Source: an uncultured Gammaproteobacteria bacterium
GTDB taxonomy: Bacteria; Patescibacteriota; Patescibacteriia; Magasanikbacterales; UBA922
Assembly (NCBI GenBank): GCA_964433095.1
Contig: CAYSPW010000001.1
Coordinates: 4,296-68,295 of the forward strand
DNA: 64,000 nucleotides
Direction of reading: 5' to 3'
Positions 38,116-48,105 of the stretch are shown here, piece after piece. A program made the position numbers and the translations under genes. Within the stretch, counting starts at the first letter, position 1. Every line of letters starts with the position of its first letter. Below the pieces are notes generated by a model. That model had not been told where the DNA came from. It ran no database searches and saw only the letters and a list, made by a program, of their open reading frames with translations.

Positions 38116-39375
38116 TTATTTATTTTTTGTACCGATCTTTCTCAGCTTTCTCTGGTAATTAATAGCAAAACGATGTGCTTCGTCTCTCACACTAATCAAA
38201 ATTTGCTTGTTTTGATCCACCCATCTGACAAAATCTCCTTTACCGCTTCCCAGCACAACATCATTGCGCTTGCGCGTCGGACCTTTGGTTATTCCCACCA
38301 CCGGCGTTTCTACGCCGTATTGTAGCAAAACTTTTTTCGCCCGGTTTACTTGCGCTTTGCCGCCATCCACCAAAACCAAAGCCGGCGGCTTCCACTCCCG
38401 ATGCCGGAATCTTCTCACAAGCACCTCCTCCAAGCAATCCACGTCGCTTTGCCCTTGCACCGTCTTTATCTTGAACCGACGGTACTGTGATTTGAGCGGT
38501 TCGCCATGACTGAAAACCACCATGGAGCCCACCTTGCCGGACGAGCCCAAATTGGAGATATCGTAACCTTCTATTCTGGTACCATAAATCGATTCATTAT
38601 CTTGTGTGAATTCAGCGAAAAAATCTCTGTTCAAAATAGCGATATCATGAATCCGCCGCAAAGCGTTAATCTGATTTCTCAATCTGCCCGCTTCTTCAAA
38701 ATTCAACTGATCAGCCTTGCTTTTCATCTTATTTTGCAATTCCGTTATCAATCTTTTTTTATTGCCTTTTAAGAACATTACCAGAGGCCGTATCACTTTT
38801 GTCTTGTATTCAGCCGGTGATATCTCACCAACACACACACCCAGACATTGACCCATTTCATAATACAAACAAGGACGGCGTCTACCCGGACGGCAGACGG
38901 AAATATTAAACAAGCGTGAGAGTATTTTCATGGCCGCCTTGGTATTAAGTCCGGGATAAGGGCCGAAAATATGCGAATATTTCTTCAGCTGCGATTTGCT
39001 CAACCGCCGCAGCTCATGCTCCCGTATAAAAAAAACTTGCGGATAATTATCTTTGGAAATGACAATATAATTCCAGCTTTTATCATCCTTGCCCAGTACG
39101 TTGTATTTAGGCTGGTATTTTTTAATATAATCGGCCTCTTTTATCACCGCTTCCAATACCGAATCGGTTTCCAGATAATCCACTCGTTCAACTCTGTCCA
39201 GCATCTCTTCAATCGGACGGGACGAACGCTGACCGTAAAAATAGCTGCGCAGTCGTGATTTTAAAGAGGTGGCTTTTCCTACGTAAATAATTTTGCCAGT
39301 TTTATCGTAAAACAAATAAATTCCGGGGTCATTCGTGGCTTGGAAAATTTTTTCTTGTATTTTTTTCATATTCAT
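38116..39375 (-). CDS. uvrC: excinuclease ABC subunit C, short form lacking the C-terminal (HhH)2 domain
   Basis: GIY-YIG N-terminus (GIYLFYDKTGKIIYVGKATSLKSRL), a Cys-rich region, and a C-terminal RNase-H-like endonuclease motif DEAHRFAI. At 419 aa it is shorter than the typical roughly 600 aa. Confidence 0.8.
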   Translation of the reverse strand: MNMKKIQEKIFQATNDPGIYLFYDKTGKIIYVGKATSLKSRLRSYFYGQRSSRPIEEMLDRVERVDYLETDSVLEAVIKEADYIKKYQPKYNVLGKDDKSWNYIVISKDNYPQVFFIREHELRRLSKSQLKKYSHIFGPYPGLNTKAAMKILSRLFNISVCRPGRRRPCLYYEMGQCLGVCVGEISPAEYKTKVIRPLVMFLKGNKKRLITELQNKMKSKADQLNFEEAGRLRNQINALRRIHDIAILNRDFFAEFTQDNESIYGTRIEGYDISNLGSSGKVGSMVVFSHGEPLKSQYRRFKIKTVQGQSDVDCLEEVLVRRFRHREWKPPALVLVDGGKAQVNRAKKVLLQYGVETPVVGITKGPTRKRNDVVLGSGKGDFVRWVDQNKQILISVRDEAHRFAINYQRKLRKIGTKNK

Positions 39376-39500
39376 ATTAATATGTTATACTTTTTCAGAT
39401 TTTTTCTCAATCTATTCGTTCGCTTATTGACAAAATGTAGAATATTTAATATAACCAAAAAAGTTATTTTTAACGTTCTTTTCATGACGGAGGATAAAGA

Positions 39501-40652
39501 GTGGCCAACAAAATCCAAACTATCAAATACAGGCGTACTGAGCAGGATGAATTCACGGATCTGCCGGTAGTGGTGGTTCCGGATACCCGAGGAAAAGCGG
39601 TAATGGATGAAAACAGAGATTTCTATTACTATCACTTCAAGACCGAACAGTGGATAAAGGTGAGGCATGGCATTTACCATCTATACCGGGCTTTGTCTTA
39701 CATGCTGCTTGGGTATATCTATATGGAAATGCCCGCATTGGAGAAAATAATTAAACAGTGCGAACAAGCGCATTTGGGCCAAATGTTCATCAACAAGTGC
39801 CTGCCCACGAATAATCACTTGAACATGTACACACTACTTTGCTCCATGGCCGAAAGAATGAGCAAAGCCATTGACGAAAACAAACAACGGGCATGCCTGC
39901 AGCTCGCCTACTGCACCGTAAACCGACTTAGAGACTCAAAGGGAAGATTGAACAACGGGGTACTGCAATGCCGCACGGCCACGGCCAAACGCCGACTGGA
40001 AGACCGGCTCGGGACTATCGCTCAAATTCAACCCAAAATCCTCTATATTCACCAACGCATTCGGAGTATCTTGACCAATTTGGAACAGTTGCTGGTGGAA
40101 TCACGCCAGCGGCTGAAAAACTCTTATGAACAGGCTTGTCTGGCAGATAAATGGGACAAACAAAACGCGCGGTACCACTCGATCAAGCAGTCAATTGAGA
40201 TTACCAAGGATAATATATCAAGGCTCAACATCAAACCTTTTACCAAAACAAGAGCCAGACTTCTCAAGGAAAGCGACCAAGCTCTCGCGGCCATGGAGAC
40301 GGACACAACTGATCAGTTTGGTCAAATCGTGAGCAAGATGGTCAACAGCTTACGCTTAATGATTTGCCGCGGGCAAATGGAATACTCCATGATCAACCTC
40401 GGACTGGCGATCAAAAAGCCGGTTTTAATGGACGAGGATCTGCTTTTAGTGGTACAAGATCAACTGCGGCAGGCACTGGACGTCATCACCAGCGTCAATG
40501 AACAGGGTTTTGAACAGCCGGTGTGCACCGACGCTGCCGACGCCCTGATCCAAGCCGTGGATGAACTGGACTTTATAAGCTGCTATCCTCCTGATCGGAG
40601 GCGGATAAAAAAGGCTAAAGCATTACTTGATAAAGCGATCGGGATGCTTTAG
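39501..40652 (+). CDS. hypothetical alpha-helical protein, compositionally atypical (GC about 47%)
   Basis: 383 aa with a GTG start preceded by GGAGG. It is rich in Q/R/L/C with CTG/CAG codon usage unlike neighbouring genes. I recognised no family motif. Confidence 0.45.
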   Translation: MANKIQTIKYRRTEQDEFTDLPVVVVPDTRGKAVMDENRDFYYYHFKTEQWIKVRHGIYHLYRALSYMLLGYIYMEMPALEKIIKQCEQAHLGQMFINKCLPTNNHLNMYTLLCSMAERMSKAIDENKQRACLQLAYCTVNRLRDSKGRLNNGVLQCRTATAKRRLEDRLGTIAQIQPKILYIHQRIRSILTNLEQLLVESRQRLKNSYEQACLADKWDKQNARYHSIKQSIEITKDNISRLNIKPFTKTRARLLKESDQALAAMETDTTDQFGQIVSKMVNSLRLMICRGQMEYSMINLGLAIKKPVLMDEDLLLVVQDQLRQALDVITSVNEQGFEQPVCTDAADALIQAVDELDFISCYPPDRRRIKKAKALLDKAIGML

Positions 40653-40691
40653 TCGACAAACCCGAATCGATGTCATATCGGTTCGGTTTTT

Positions 40692-43262
40692 TTATTTTCT
40701 CTTTATGTATCTTTTTAAATATTTACCCGTATGACTATGGCCGTACAAAGACACTTGTTCGGGTGTGCCGACCACAACCACCTCGCCCCCTTTATCCCCC
40801 CCTTCCGGACCAAGATCAATAATCCAATCCGCGCATTTAATTACATCCAAATTATGCTCTATTACCATCACGGTGTTGCCCTTGCCCACCAAATCCTGTA
40901 AAACAAAAATCAATTTTCTGACATCGTCATAATGCAGTCCGGTAGTCGGTTCGTCCAATAAAAATAGAGTTTTGGTGGTACTTTTTTTGGCCAGTTGCTT
41001 GCTCAGCTTGATTCTTTGCGCCTCCCCGCCCGATAAAGTCTTGGCCGATTGACCCAAAGTCAGATAATCCAATCCCACCCGGCTAAGCATGGATAACTTA
41101 TCATGGATGAAAGGAATATCGGTAAAAAACTCCTTGGCTTCGGCCACGGTCATTTCCAATACGTCGGCGATATTCTTGCCGTTGTAGTGAACCTGCAGAG
41201 TTTCATTGTTAAATCTTCTACCGCCGCAAACGTCGCATACTATTTCCACGCTTGGCAAAAAATGCATTTCAATTTCCAACACCCCCCTACCTTCGCAGTT
41301 TTCACATCTGCCCATGGGGCGGTTGAAGCTGAAACGACCGGGCTTATAGCCTCTGATTCTGGCTTCTGGAGTGGCCGCGAAAATTTCCCTAATGCCCGTG
41401 TATGCACCGGTATATGTAGCCGGATTACTGCGCGGACTGCGGCCGATCGGACTTTGATCAATCTTAATGATTTTATCTAAATAATCCAGATTCAAAATTT
41501 GTTTATGCTTTCCCACTCGCTTATTAACATGATGCAACTTATTTGCCGCTGCTCGATAAAGAATATCATGCATCAGAGTGGATTTTCCCGATCCGGACAC
41601 TCCGGTCAAACAAACAAAACGCCGCAACGGAATACAAACGTCAATATTTTTTAAATTATGTTCAGACGCCCCCTTAATACTCAATTTGGGCGAGGAGTCA
41701 TCAACTTTTCTGCTCTTGTCCGGCAGTTTAATAGATTTCTCCCCGCGCAAATATTCTCCGGTCAATGATTTGGACGGACTACCGATAATTTCACACTCCG
41801 TATTTGCCTTTTTCATCTCATGATTTGCACTATACGCGGTTTTATTAAGTAGTAACTCCAACGGGCCGGAATACACTATCTTTCCGCCATGTTCTCCCGC
41901 TCCCGGTCCAATGTCCACGATCCAATCGCTCATCAAAATGGTATCCTCATCATGCTCCACCGTAATTATGGTATTGCCTTTATCGCACAATTCACGCAAT
42001 GTATTTACCAACTGATCGTTGTCCTTTTGGTGCAGACCAATGGTAGGTTCGTCAAGTACATACATCGCGCCTACCAGCTGCTGACCCACCTGCGAAGCCA
42101 GCCTGATTCTTTGCGCCTCGCCTCCGGACAAACTGCCGGCCATGCGGTTTAAGCTCAAATAATGCAGGCCGACGTTCAGCATGAATTGCAGCCTGTTATG
42201 AATTTCTTTCATGGCAGCACCGACAATCTCTTTTTGTTTTTGGTCCAATTCTTTGTCCAATTTTTTAAAAAAATCAGCTGCCCGGTCTATGGACATGGCG
42301 GTCAGCTGCCAGATATTTTTCCGGCCCACTTTAACACTAATGGCATTTTGATTCAATCTCTTTCCCCGGCATTTAGGACAAGGCTCTTCCGAGAATAATT
42401 CTTTGGTTCCCAGTCCGGTACAGTAGTCGCAATAACCATAAGGACTGTTGAAGCTGAAAAGTCTGGGTTCAATTTCCGGAAAACTGAATCCGTCTTTGGG
42501 GCAAGAATATTGAGTACTGTAAATTTCTTCTTGCTTATCCGAAAAAATTATCGTGCACAATCCATTTGACAAATCCACCGCCGTTTCCACAGCTTCGGCC
42601 AGCCTGTCCTCAGTCAAATCTGACGCGGGGATTTTATCTATTACAATATCAATATCATGTTTTTTGTTTTTACTCAGCAACAATCTTTGCTTTAAATTTT
42701 TCAACTTTCCGTCAATCCTGACCTCGGCGAAGCCTGAATTATACATATCATAAAGCATCTGATAATACTCTCCTTTACGACCTCTCACAACCGGCGATAA
42801 AATACTTAACTCGCCCTTTTTATCCTTTTTTAAATTACTTAAAATACGATCTTTTATTTGATCGGTGGTCATCTTTTCTATCTTGGCGCCGCATAACGGA
42901 CAATACGGCTGACCGATCCTGGCATACAATACCCTCAAATAATCATAGATCTCGGTCAAGGTGGCCACGGTGGAACGCGGATTAGCGCTGTGCGCCCGCT
43001 GATCAATGGAAATGGCGGGCGACAATCCGTCAATCTCATCCACGTCAGGCTTACTCATTCCACCCAAAAACTGCCTGGCATAAGCGGACAGGCTTTCAAT
43101 ATATCTTCTTTGTCCTTCGGCAAAAATGGTATCAAAAGCCAAAGAAGACTTTCCCGAACCGGACAAACCGGTAAAAACTATCATCTTGTTTCGGGGCAGT
43201 TCCAAACTGAGATTTTTCAGATTATGCTCCCTTGCCCCTTTTATTTTTATCTTATCTTCCAT
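40692..43262 (-). CDS. uvrA: excinuclease ABC subunit A
   Basis: Two ABC ATPase modules (GLSGSGKSSLAF, GVSGSGKSTLM), zinc-finger cysteines and LSGGEAQRI signature motifs. Confidence 0.9.
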   Translation of the reverse strand: MEDKIKIKGAREHNLKNLSLELPRNKMIVFTGLSGSGKSSLAFDTIFAEGQRRYIESLSAYARQFLGGMSKPDVDEIDGLSPAISIDQRAHSANPRSTVATLTEIYDYLRVLYARIGQPYCPLCGAKIEKMTTDQIKDRILSNLKKDKKGELSILSPVVRGRKGEYYQMLYDMYNSGFAEVRIDGKLKNLKQRLLLSKNKKHDIDIVIDKIPASDLTEDRLAEAVETAVDLSNGLCTIIFSDKQEEIYSTQYSCPKDGFSFPEIEPRLFSFNSPYGYCDYCTGLGTKELFSEEPCPKCRGKRLNQNAISVKVGRKNIWQLTAMSIDRAADFFKKLDKELDQKQKEIVGAAMKEIHNRLQFMLNVGLHYLSLNRMAGSLSGGEAQRIRLASQVGQQLVGAMYVLDEPTIGLHQKDNDQLVNTLRELCDKGNTIITVEHDEDTILMSDWIVDIGPGAGEHGGKIVYSGPLELLLNKTAYSANHEMKKANTECEIIGSPSKSLTGEYLRGEKSIKLPDKSRKVDDSSPKLSIKGASEHNLKNIDVCIPLRRFVCLTGVSGSGKSTLMHDILYRAAANKLHHVNKRVGKHKQILNLDYLDKIIKIDQSPIGRSPRSNPATYTGAYTGIREIFAATPEARIRGYKPGRFSFNRPMGRCENCEGRGVLEIEMHFLPSVEIVCDVCGGRRFNNETLQVHYNGKNIADVLEMTVAEAKEFFTDIPFIHDKLSMLSRVGLDYLTLGQSAKTLSGGEAQRIKLSKQLAKKSTTKTLFLLDEPTTGLHYDDVRKLIFVLQDLVGKGNTVMVIEHNLDVIKCADWIIDLGPEGGDKGGEVVVVGTPEQVSLYGHSHTGKYLKRYIKRK

Positions 43263-43355
43263 ACATTAAACTACAAAAAGCCCCAAATACGGGGATTTTA
43301 TACTATTTATTGACTACAAAAGAGCCAAAGGAAAGTATAGCCGCTTTTAAGGTAT

Positions 43356-43384
43356 TTGTCAACAAAAACCGGATGGTATATAAT
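43356..43384 (+). promoter_or_regulatory. sigma70-like promoter (TTGTCA-N17-TATAAT) for the lipoprotein gene
   Basis: TTGTCA at 43356-43361, a 17-nt spacer and TATAAT at 43379-43384, 45 nt upstream of the ATG at 43429. Confidence 0.35.
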
Positions 43385-43428
43385 ATTATAACAAACTAAA
43401 TTTAATTAGTTCTTAACCCCAATTTCTT

Positions 43429-43956
43429 ATGAAAAAATTCATCGCATTCACGGGAGGGATCGCACTGTTTTTCCTTGTGGCCGGAGCCGGTTGCGCGGAT
43501 CAGTCGGCACCTGAGGCGGAAAATATTTTTGAATCCAAGCCTGCCGCCAATGAATCGGGTATTACCATGACCGATTCCGAAGGGCAGCCGGTGGAAGGAA
43601 TTGAAGTTGAAATCAATAACCAGGATGGGGAACAAGCCTCCGGCGACAACCGGCCATTATCCGTTTCCGAAGTTACCGAAGACGAATTTGCTCTTAAAGC
43701 CGAATTAATGGATGAAGGTAGTGTAAAATTAATGTGGCAAACTCCGGAAGAATTAAAGGGGGAAAATATAAGAATCTATCGCGGACCGACACCCACACCG
43801 GCACCTCCGTTAAATTTCTGGGTAAATCCCGGAATGAACGCAACCGAGTACATCTGGGCCGATCTGGAACCGAGACCCGAATATTTCAGATTATGCGTTT
43901 TTGAAGATGACGAATGCCAAATTTTCTCTGAAAGCGTGCAAATTGAAGTACGATAA
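43429..43956 (+). CDS. secreted/lipoprotein-like small protein, acidic
   Basis: Signal peptide MKKFIAFTGGIALFFLVAGAGC with Cys at the cleavage-site region, followed by an acidic domain. Confidence 0.5.
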   Translation: MKKFIAFTGGIALFFLVAGAGCADQSAPEAENIFESKPAANESGITMTDSEGQPVEGIEVEINNQDGEQASGDNRPLSVSEVTEDEFALKAELMDEGSVKLMWQTPEELKGENIRIYRGPTPTPAPPLNFWVNPGMNATEYIWADLEPRPEYFRLCVFEDDECQIFSESVQIEVR

Positions 43957-43974
43957 ATAATAGGCAACAAAAAA

Positions 43975-44652
43975 CTAAAAAACCGCTCTACTATGATACA
44001 AGAGCGGTTTTAATTTTGCCGGCAACAAATCAGCTCCCGGCCGAGTCAGTTCCATTTGACAAAAACCTTTTAAACGCGCCAACATCTCTCTCAAGCCGAG
44101 CCCCCACAACTTGTCGCTTAATTGCAAATCTTCCGAATCGGCCGGATAACCATGGGTTCTGATTCCTTGCGCCTCGCAAAAATATATGATTCTGGGCAGG
44201 TGAAACTTTTGCGAAACTGCGATCACATAATTAAAACGATAAATATCGGCGGCGCGCGCGCAGCTGGCATATGTATTGTATCCGTGCGGATCTTGCAATA
44301 TATCCCGCTCAACCGTTCCCAAAGACAAAGCATACCGCCTCATCGGATCAATTTCATTTACCGCCACGTTGCCGTCGTCTCCGGTCATCATTATTTTATC
44401 CACCTTGCCCATTTTATACAACTCCACCGCGCGTCGCACGCGTTCGGCGGTCATTTCGGACAAAGTGCCGTCCTCATATGCTCCCCCGGCAAATACCAAT
44501 GCCACCGGCGCCGGATCCAAAGATTGTGGAGAAATATAAATATCTTGGACAAAACTCATAATATGAACATTGGCATAAACAAAAAGTCCAATGCCGAATA
44601 ACGCCAGGCTGACGGATGATATATATACTGTTTTCAAAATCGAGGCCAACAC
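43975..44652 (-). CDS. DUF218 (SanA/YdcF-like) domain protein
   Basis: N-terminal TM, then VFAGGAYEDG...IMMTGDDGNVAVNEIDPMRRYALSLG, typical of DUF218. Confidence 0.65.
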   Translation of the reverse strand: MLASILKTVYISSVSLALFGIGLFVYANVHIMSFVQDIYISPQSLDPAPVALVFAGGAYEDGTLSEMTAERVRRAVELYKMGKVDKIMMTGDDGNVAVNEIDPMRRYALSLGTVERDILQDPHGYNTYASCARAADIYRFNYVIAVSQKFHLPRIIYFCEAQGIRTHGYPADSEDLQLSDKLWGLGLREMLARLKGFCQMELTRPGADLLPAKLKPLLYHSRAVF

Positions 44653-44684
44653 AAAAATTATTTATATGGTTATTTTACCATTTT

Positions 44685-46772
44685 TCAGCCTTTTTTAGAA
44701 GTTTTATTTTTTGATGATTGCATTTTTTTTAACCGCGCGATTTCATCACGCAAAATGGCGGCCAGTTCAAACTCCAGATTCTCAGCCGCCTGCTTCATTT
44801 TTAATAGTTTGTCGTGGATGATTTGTCCAACCGGACGCTCGTCTCCGATCAAATCAAGTTCAAGAACTTCCCTGCCCTGGCGTTGATTAAATCCGGCTTT
44901 GGCTTTTTCCGCCGTTATGCCGAACTCTTGCAAAATATTGCGGATATTTTTTTTAATGGTCCGCGGAGTAATACCATGTTTTTGATTGTATTTAAGCTGC
45001 AACCGGCGCCTGCGACCGGTCTCGTCAATCGCTTTTTTGAGCGAACCGGTAATATTATCAGCGTAAAGCACCACCCTTCCGTTGACATTTCTCGCCGCTC
45101 TTCCAATGGTCTGAATCAAGCTGGTTTCGGAACGCAAAAAACCCTCTTTGTCCGCGTCCAGTATGGCCACCAGCGAAACCTCGGGAATATCCAATCCTTC
45201 CCTTAACAGATTAACCCCCACAATCACGTCAATCTTCCCCGCTCGCAAGTCATTTATAATCTGAATTCTTTCCAAAGTCTTAATATCGGAGTGAAGATAC
45301 TCCACTTTAATTTTTTTATTTAATAAATAATCACTTAGATCTTCGGCCATTTTTTTCGTCAAAGTGGTGACTAATGCTCGCTCGCCTTTTTTAACCTGTT
45401 CATTGATGCGCCGCAACAAATCATCCACTTGTGAATAATTCTTCTCTTTTCTTTCAGTTACCGGCCGCACAATTACCTCGGGGTCAACCAATCCGGTAGG
45501 ACGCACGATCTGTTCAACCACCCGATCACTGGTCTTTATTTCATAATCTGCCGGCGTGGCCGATACGAATACCATCTCACCAACTTTGCGTTCAAATTCT
45601 TCAAACTTCAGTGGACGATTATCACGCGCGCTCGGCAGCCTAAAACCATGTTCAACCAGAGTGTCTTTTCTGGCTTTGTCACCATTATACATTCCCCTGA
45701 TTTGCGGCACGGTCACATGCGACTCGTCTATGACAGTCAAAAAAGAACTGTCTAAATTTTTTTCCTCGGCCTTGTCCGCCCCTTTGGCACCGCGTAAAAA
45801 ATAATCAAACAGGGTGAATGGCGGTTCTCCCGGCACCCGCCCGTCAAAATGGCGCGAATAATTTTCAATGCCGCTGCAATATCCAATATTTTTTATCATT
45901 TCCAAGTCATGCTTTACCCGGCGCTTCAATCTCTCATACTCAAGCACCTTGCCTTTTTTTTTGAAATAGTCCAATTGCTCTTTTAATTCACGCTTGACGC
46001 TTTCAAAAGCTTTTTTACGTAAAGATCCGCTCACCACATAATGCTTGGCCGGAAAAATCCAAATATCTTGCTGGTCACACAACACTTTTCTGGTTACCGA
46101 ATCTATTTTTTCTATCAAGTCTATCTTTTGGCTGATCTCAAAGCGGTATATTTTTTCCTCATTTACCGGCATGATCTCAAATACTTGTCCGCGCATGCGA
46201 AAAGTGCCGCGCTCCAAGTCGGCGGTGGTGCGCTCAAACCGCATCTCAACCAACTTTTCCATCATGCCCCGCCTGTCCAATTTTTGTCCCTTTTCCAAGT
46301 GCAGCACAAACTGCTCATACTCATCCGGAGAGCCCAGCCCGTAGATGGCGGAAACCGAAGCCACTATTATAACATCACGTCGACTCAACAAAGCCTGGGT
46401 GCAGGCGTGACGCAATCTGTCTATTTCATCATTGATCTGAGCCTCTTTCTCAATATATGTATCCGTACCGGGCATATACGCTTCCGGCTGGTAATAATCG
46501 TAATAGCTGACGAAATACTCAACCGCATTGTCAGGAAAAAATTCTCTAAACTCATTGCACAGCTGCGCGGCCAAAGTTTTGTTGTGCGCGATTACCAAAG
46601 TGGGAATCTGCAGGTTCTCGATCACGTTGGCTATGGTAAAAGTTTTTCCCGATCCGGTCACCCCGAGCAAAGTTTGTCGTTCCATATCGGTGGTAAAGCC
46701 GTTTGTTAGCCGCTCTATCGCTTTCGGCTGATCGCCCGCCGGCTTGTATTTGGATTTAATCTTGAATTTCAT
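44685..46772 (-). CDS. uvrB: excinuclease ABC subunit B
   Basis: [15 protein letters not shown] Walker A, helicase motifs and a C-terminal UVR domain. Confidence 0.9.
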   Translation of the reverse strand: MKFKIKSKYKPAGDQPKAIERLTNGFTTDMERQTLLGVTGSGKTFTIANVIENLQIPTLVIAHNKTLAAQLCNEFREFFPDNAVEYFVSYYDYYQPEAYMPGTDTYIEKEAQINDEIDRLRHACTQALLSRRDVIIVASVSAIYGLGSPDEYEQFVLHLEKGQKLDRRGMMEKLVEMRFERTTADLERGTFRMRGQVFEIMPVNEEKIYRFEISQKIDLIEKIDSVTRKVLCDQQDIWIFPAKHYVVSGSLRKKAFESVKRELKEQLDYFKKKGKVLEYERLKRRVKHDLEMIKNIGYCSGIENYSRHFDGRVPGEPPFTLFDYFLRGAKGADKAEEKNLDSSFLTVIDESHVTVPQIRGMYNGDKARKDTLVEHGFRLPSARDNRPLKFEEFERKVGEMVFVSATPADYEIKTSDRVVEQIVRPTGLVDPEVIVRPVTERKEKNYSQVDDLLRRINEQVKKGERALVTTLTKKMAEDLSDYLLNKKIKVEYLHSDIKTLERIQIINDLRAGKIDVIVGVNLLREGLDIPEVSLVAILDADKEGFLRSETSLIQTIGRAARNVNGRVVLYADNITGSLKKAIDETGRRRRLQLKYNQKHGITPRTIKKNIRNILQEFGITAEKAKAGFNQRQGREVLELDLIGDERPVGQIIHDKLLKMKQAAENLEFELAAILRDEIARLKKMQSSKNKTSKKG

Positions 46773-46859
46773 TTTTAACTAAATAAAGTTAAATTGGCAT
46801 TAAAAAATATATCATGCTATTAACAAGGAAGCAAACGCAAAGACCTAACGCGGTTATCC

Positions 46860-48000
46860 ACAGGCTGCTCTTTACAACATTTTCAGCACATGATATTATT
46901 CCTTTTGCCGCTACAAAAGATTGGTGCAACAGATCTCGGCGCTCGCGCCGAAATCACAGTTGAGAAAATTTCTTGCTCCACTGGCGCCACTGATGTAGAC
47001 GGTCGAAGGATGAGTGTAATCGGTACCAAGGCTCCGGCCAAAGTACTGACAAGTCCTCCGAACTCTTTATTGCCCAAGTTCACGCAAAGTTCAGCGTCCG
47101 AAACAACCACCTCGGACAACCGCAACTGCGGCCGGACTTCACACTGAACAAAGGCTAAGCTTCCGCGTCTGTTTTGTCATGGCCCCGGTCATGTCGGAAC
47201 CTATAGCGGAAATGCTGTCAAGCCGGCCTCACTGTCAAAGGTGAGAAAGGCTTAACCATCAAAATCATGGTAACGAAGATGTCGGCTTTCGGGCTGAGTC
47301 TTCATCCCAAAACATGTCGATTGTCGTGCCGCGATGTCGGACGCTCGAACTCTTAGAAGTTCGCAAACCTCCCCGACAGACTAAGCCTCCCAGCGAGGTT
47401 GACGGTACGATCGGCAAAAAAGGGACGACTTACTTGTTTGATGGACAGCAAGAGTTCAAACGGGTTTGCGCACGCTCATCTGCACAAAAGGATGAATGCG
47501 TGTTGACTTCCGTGTCAGGGCCGAAAAACCTTGGAACGGATAACCAAATCCCAGAGCCAAATGTGTGTTCGTCGCGATTATCAGCGGTCCGGTCGAAAGA
47601 TTGGGCCACAGACTCGCGCAGTTCACACCAGCTCGTGGAATAGCGCCCAGTTGAAATACACAAAGCGCCGACCACAAGCAATTGTTACAAGCGTGGTAAC
47701 GATCTCTTCGGAGAATGTTACCGGCCCCAATCCGCTTTGCGGTACGGCTAAGCTTGCTGGCGGTCCTCGGATCGTCCAGATATATTGTCGCGCCGGTGTT
47801 CAAACACAGGTAGGCAATATTGTTTGCAAGGCTCAAAAAAGAGGATAGAACACGCTCATCCTTCTTTTTTTTACGACAAATCATTATTGACGGTCCGATC
47901 GGAATTCGTTATCATATTTGCTATGGATACTATGCCGACTGCCAGCCAGTCGCGGGGAACCAACTTTCTTTCTTCGTCCAAACTCGGAAAAACCAACATC
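46860..48000 (+). ncRNA. candidate large structured ncRNA of unassigned class (strand tentative)
   Basis: 1.2 kb with no ORF above noise. GC about 52%, against a 40% background, and all six frames are open. Plus-strand hairpins: 47695-47722 (UUCG tetraloop), 47586-47607 (GAAA tetraloop), 47346-47363, CGGCG/CGCCG near 46940 and GUCCGA/UCGGAC near 47100. Internal repeats: TTGACGGTNCGATCGG (47409, 47887) and GGCTAAGCTT (47153, 47746). Confidence 0.3.
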
Positions 48001-48016
48001 GGTTTTTTGTTCATAC

Positions 48017-48048
48017 AAAAAACCCACACCAATATAAAGTGAGTGGGG
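48017..48048 (-). terminator. intrinsic terminator after the beta-CASP ribonuclease gene
   Basis: On the minus strand, CCCAC...GTGGG stem followed by TTTTTT, 55 nt downstream of the stop at 48106. Confidence 0.35.
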
Positions 48049-48105
48049 CGACAAAAAGAAAAAAGAAGGAGGCCCAAGCATAGTATCCTTTTTTTATTTT
48101 TCCGA

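Noticed and set aside
47314-47884. Overlapping 80-140-aa ORFs in both strands of the GC-rich region
   Set aside because: There are no start-context, motif or codon-usage signals. Open frames are expected from elevated GC, and they overlap each other in all frames.
46860-48000. Assignment of the structured region to RNase P RNA, tmRNA, SRP RNA or a group I/II intron
   Set aside because: The conserved cores are absent: GGAAAGUCCGGGC and ACAGAA-CCGGCUUA for RNase P; the acceptor stem, T-arm and tag reading frame for tmRNA; the domain V consensus for group II. A CAGACUAAG resemblance to the group I R element has no host gene or other P/Q/S elements. I left it unassigned.
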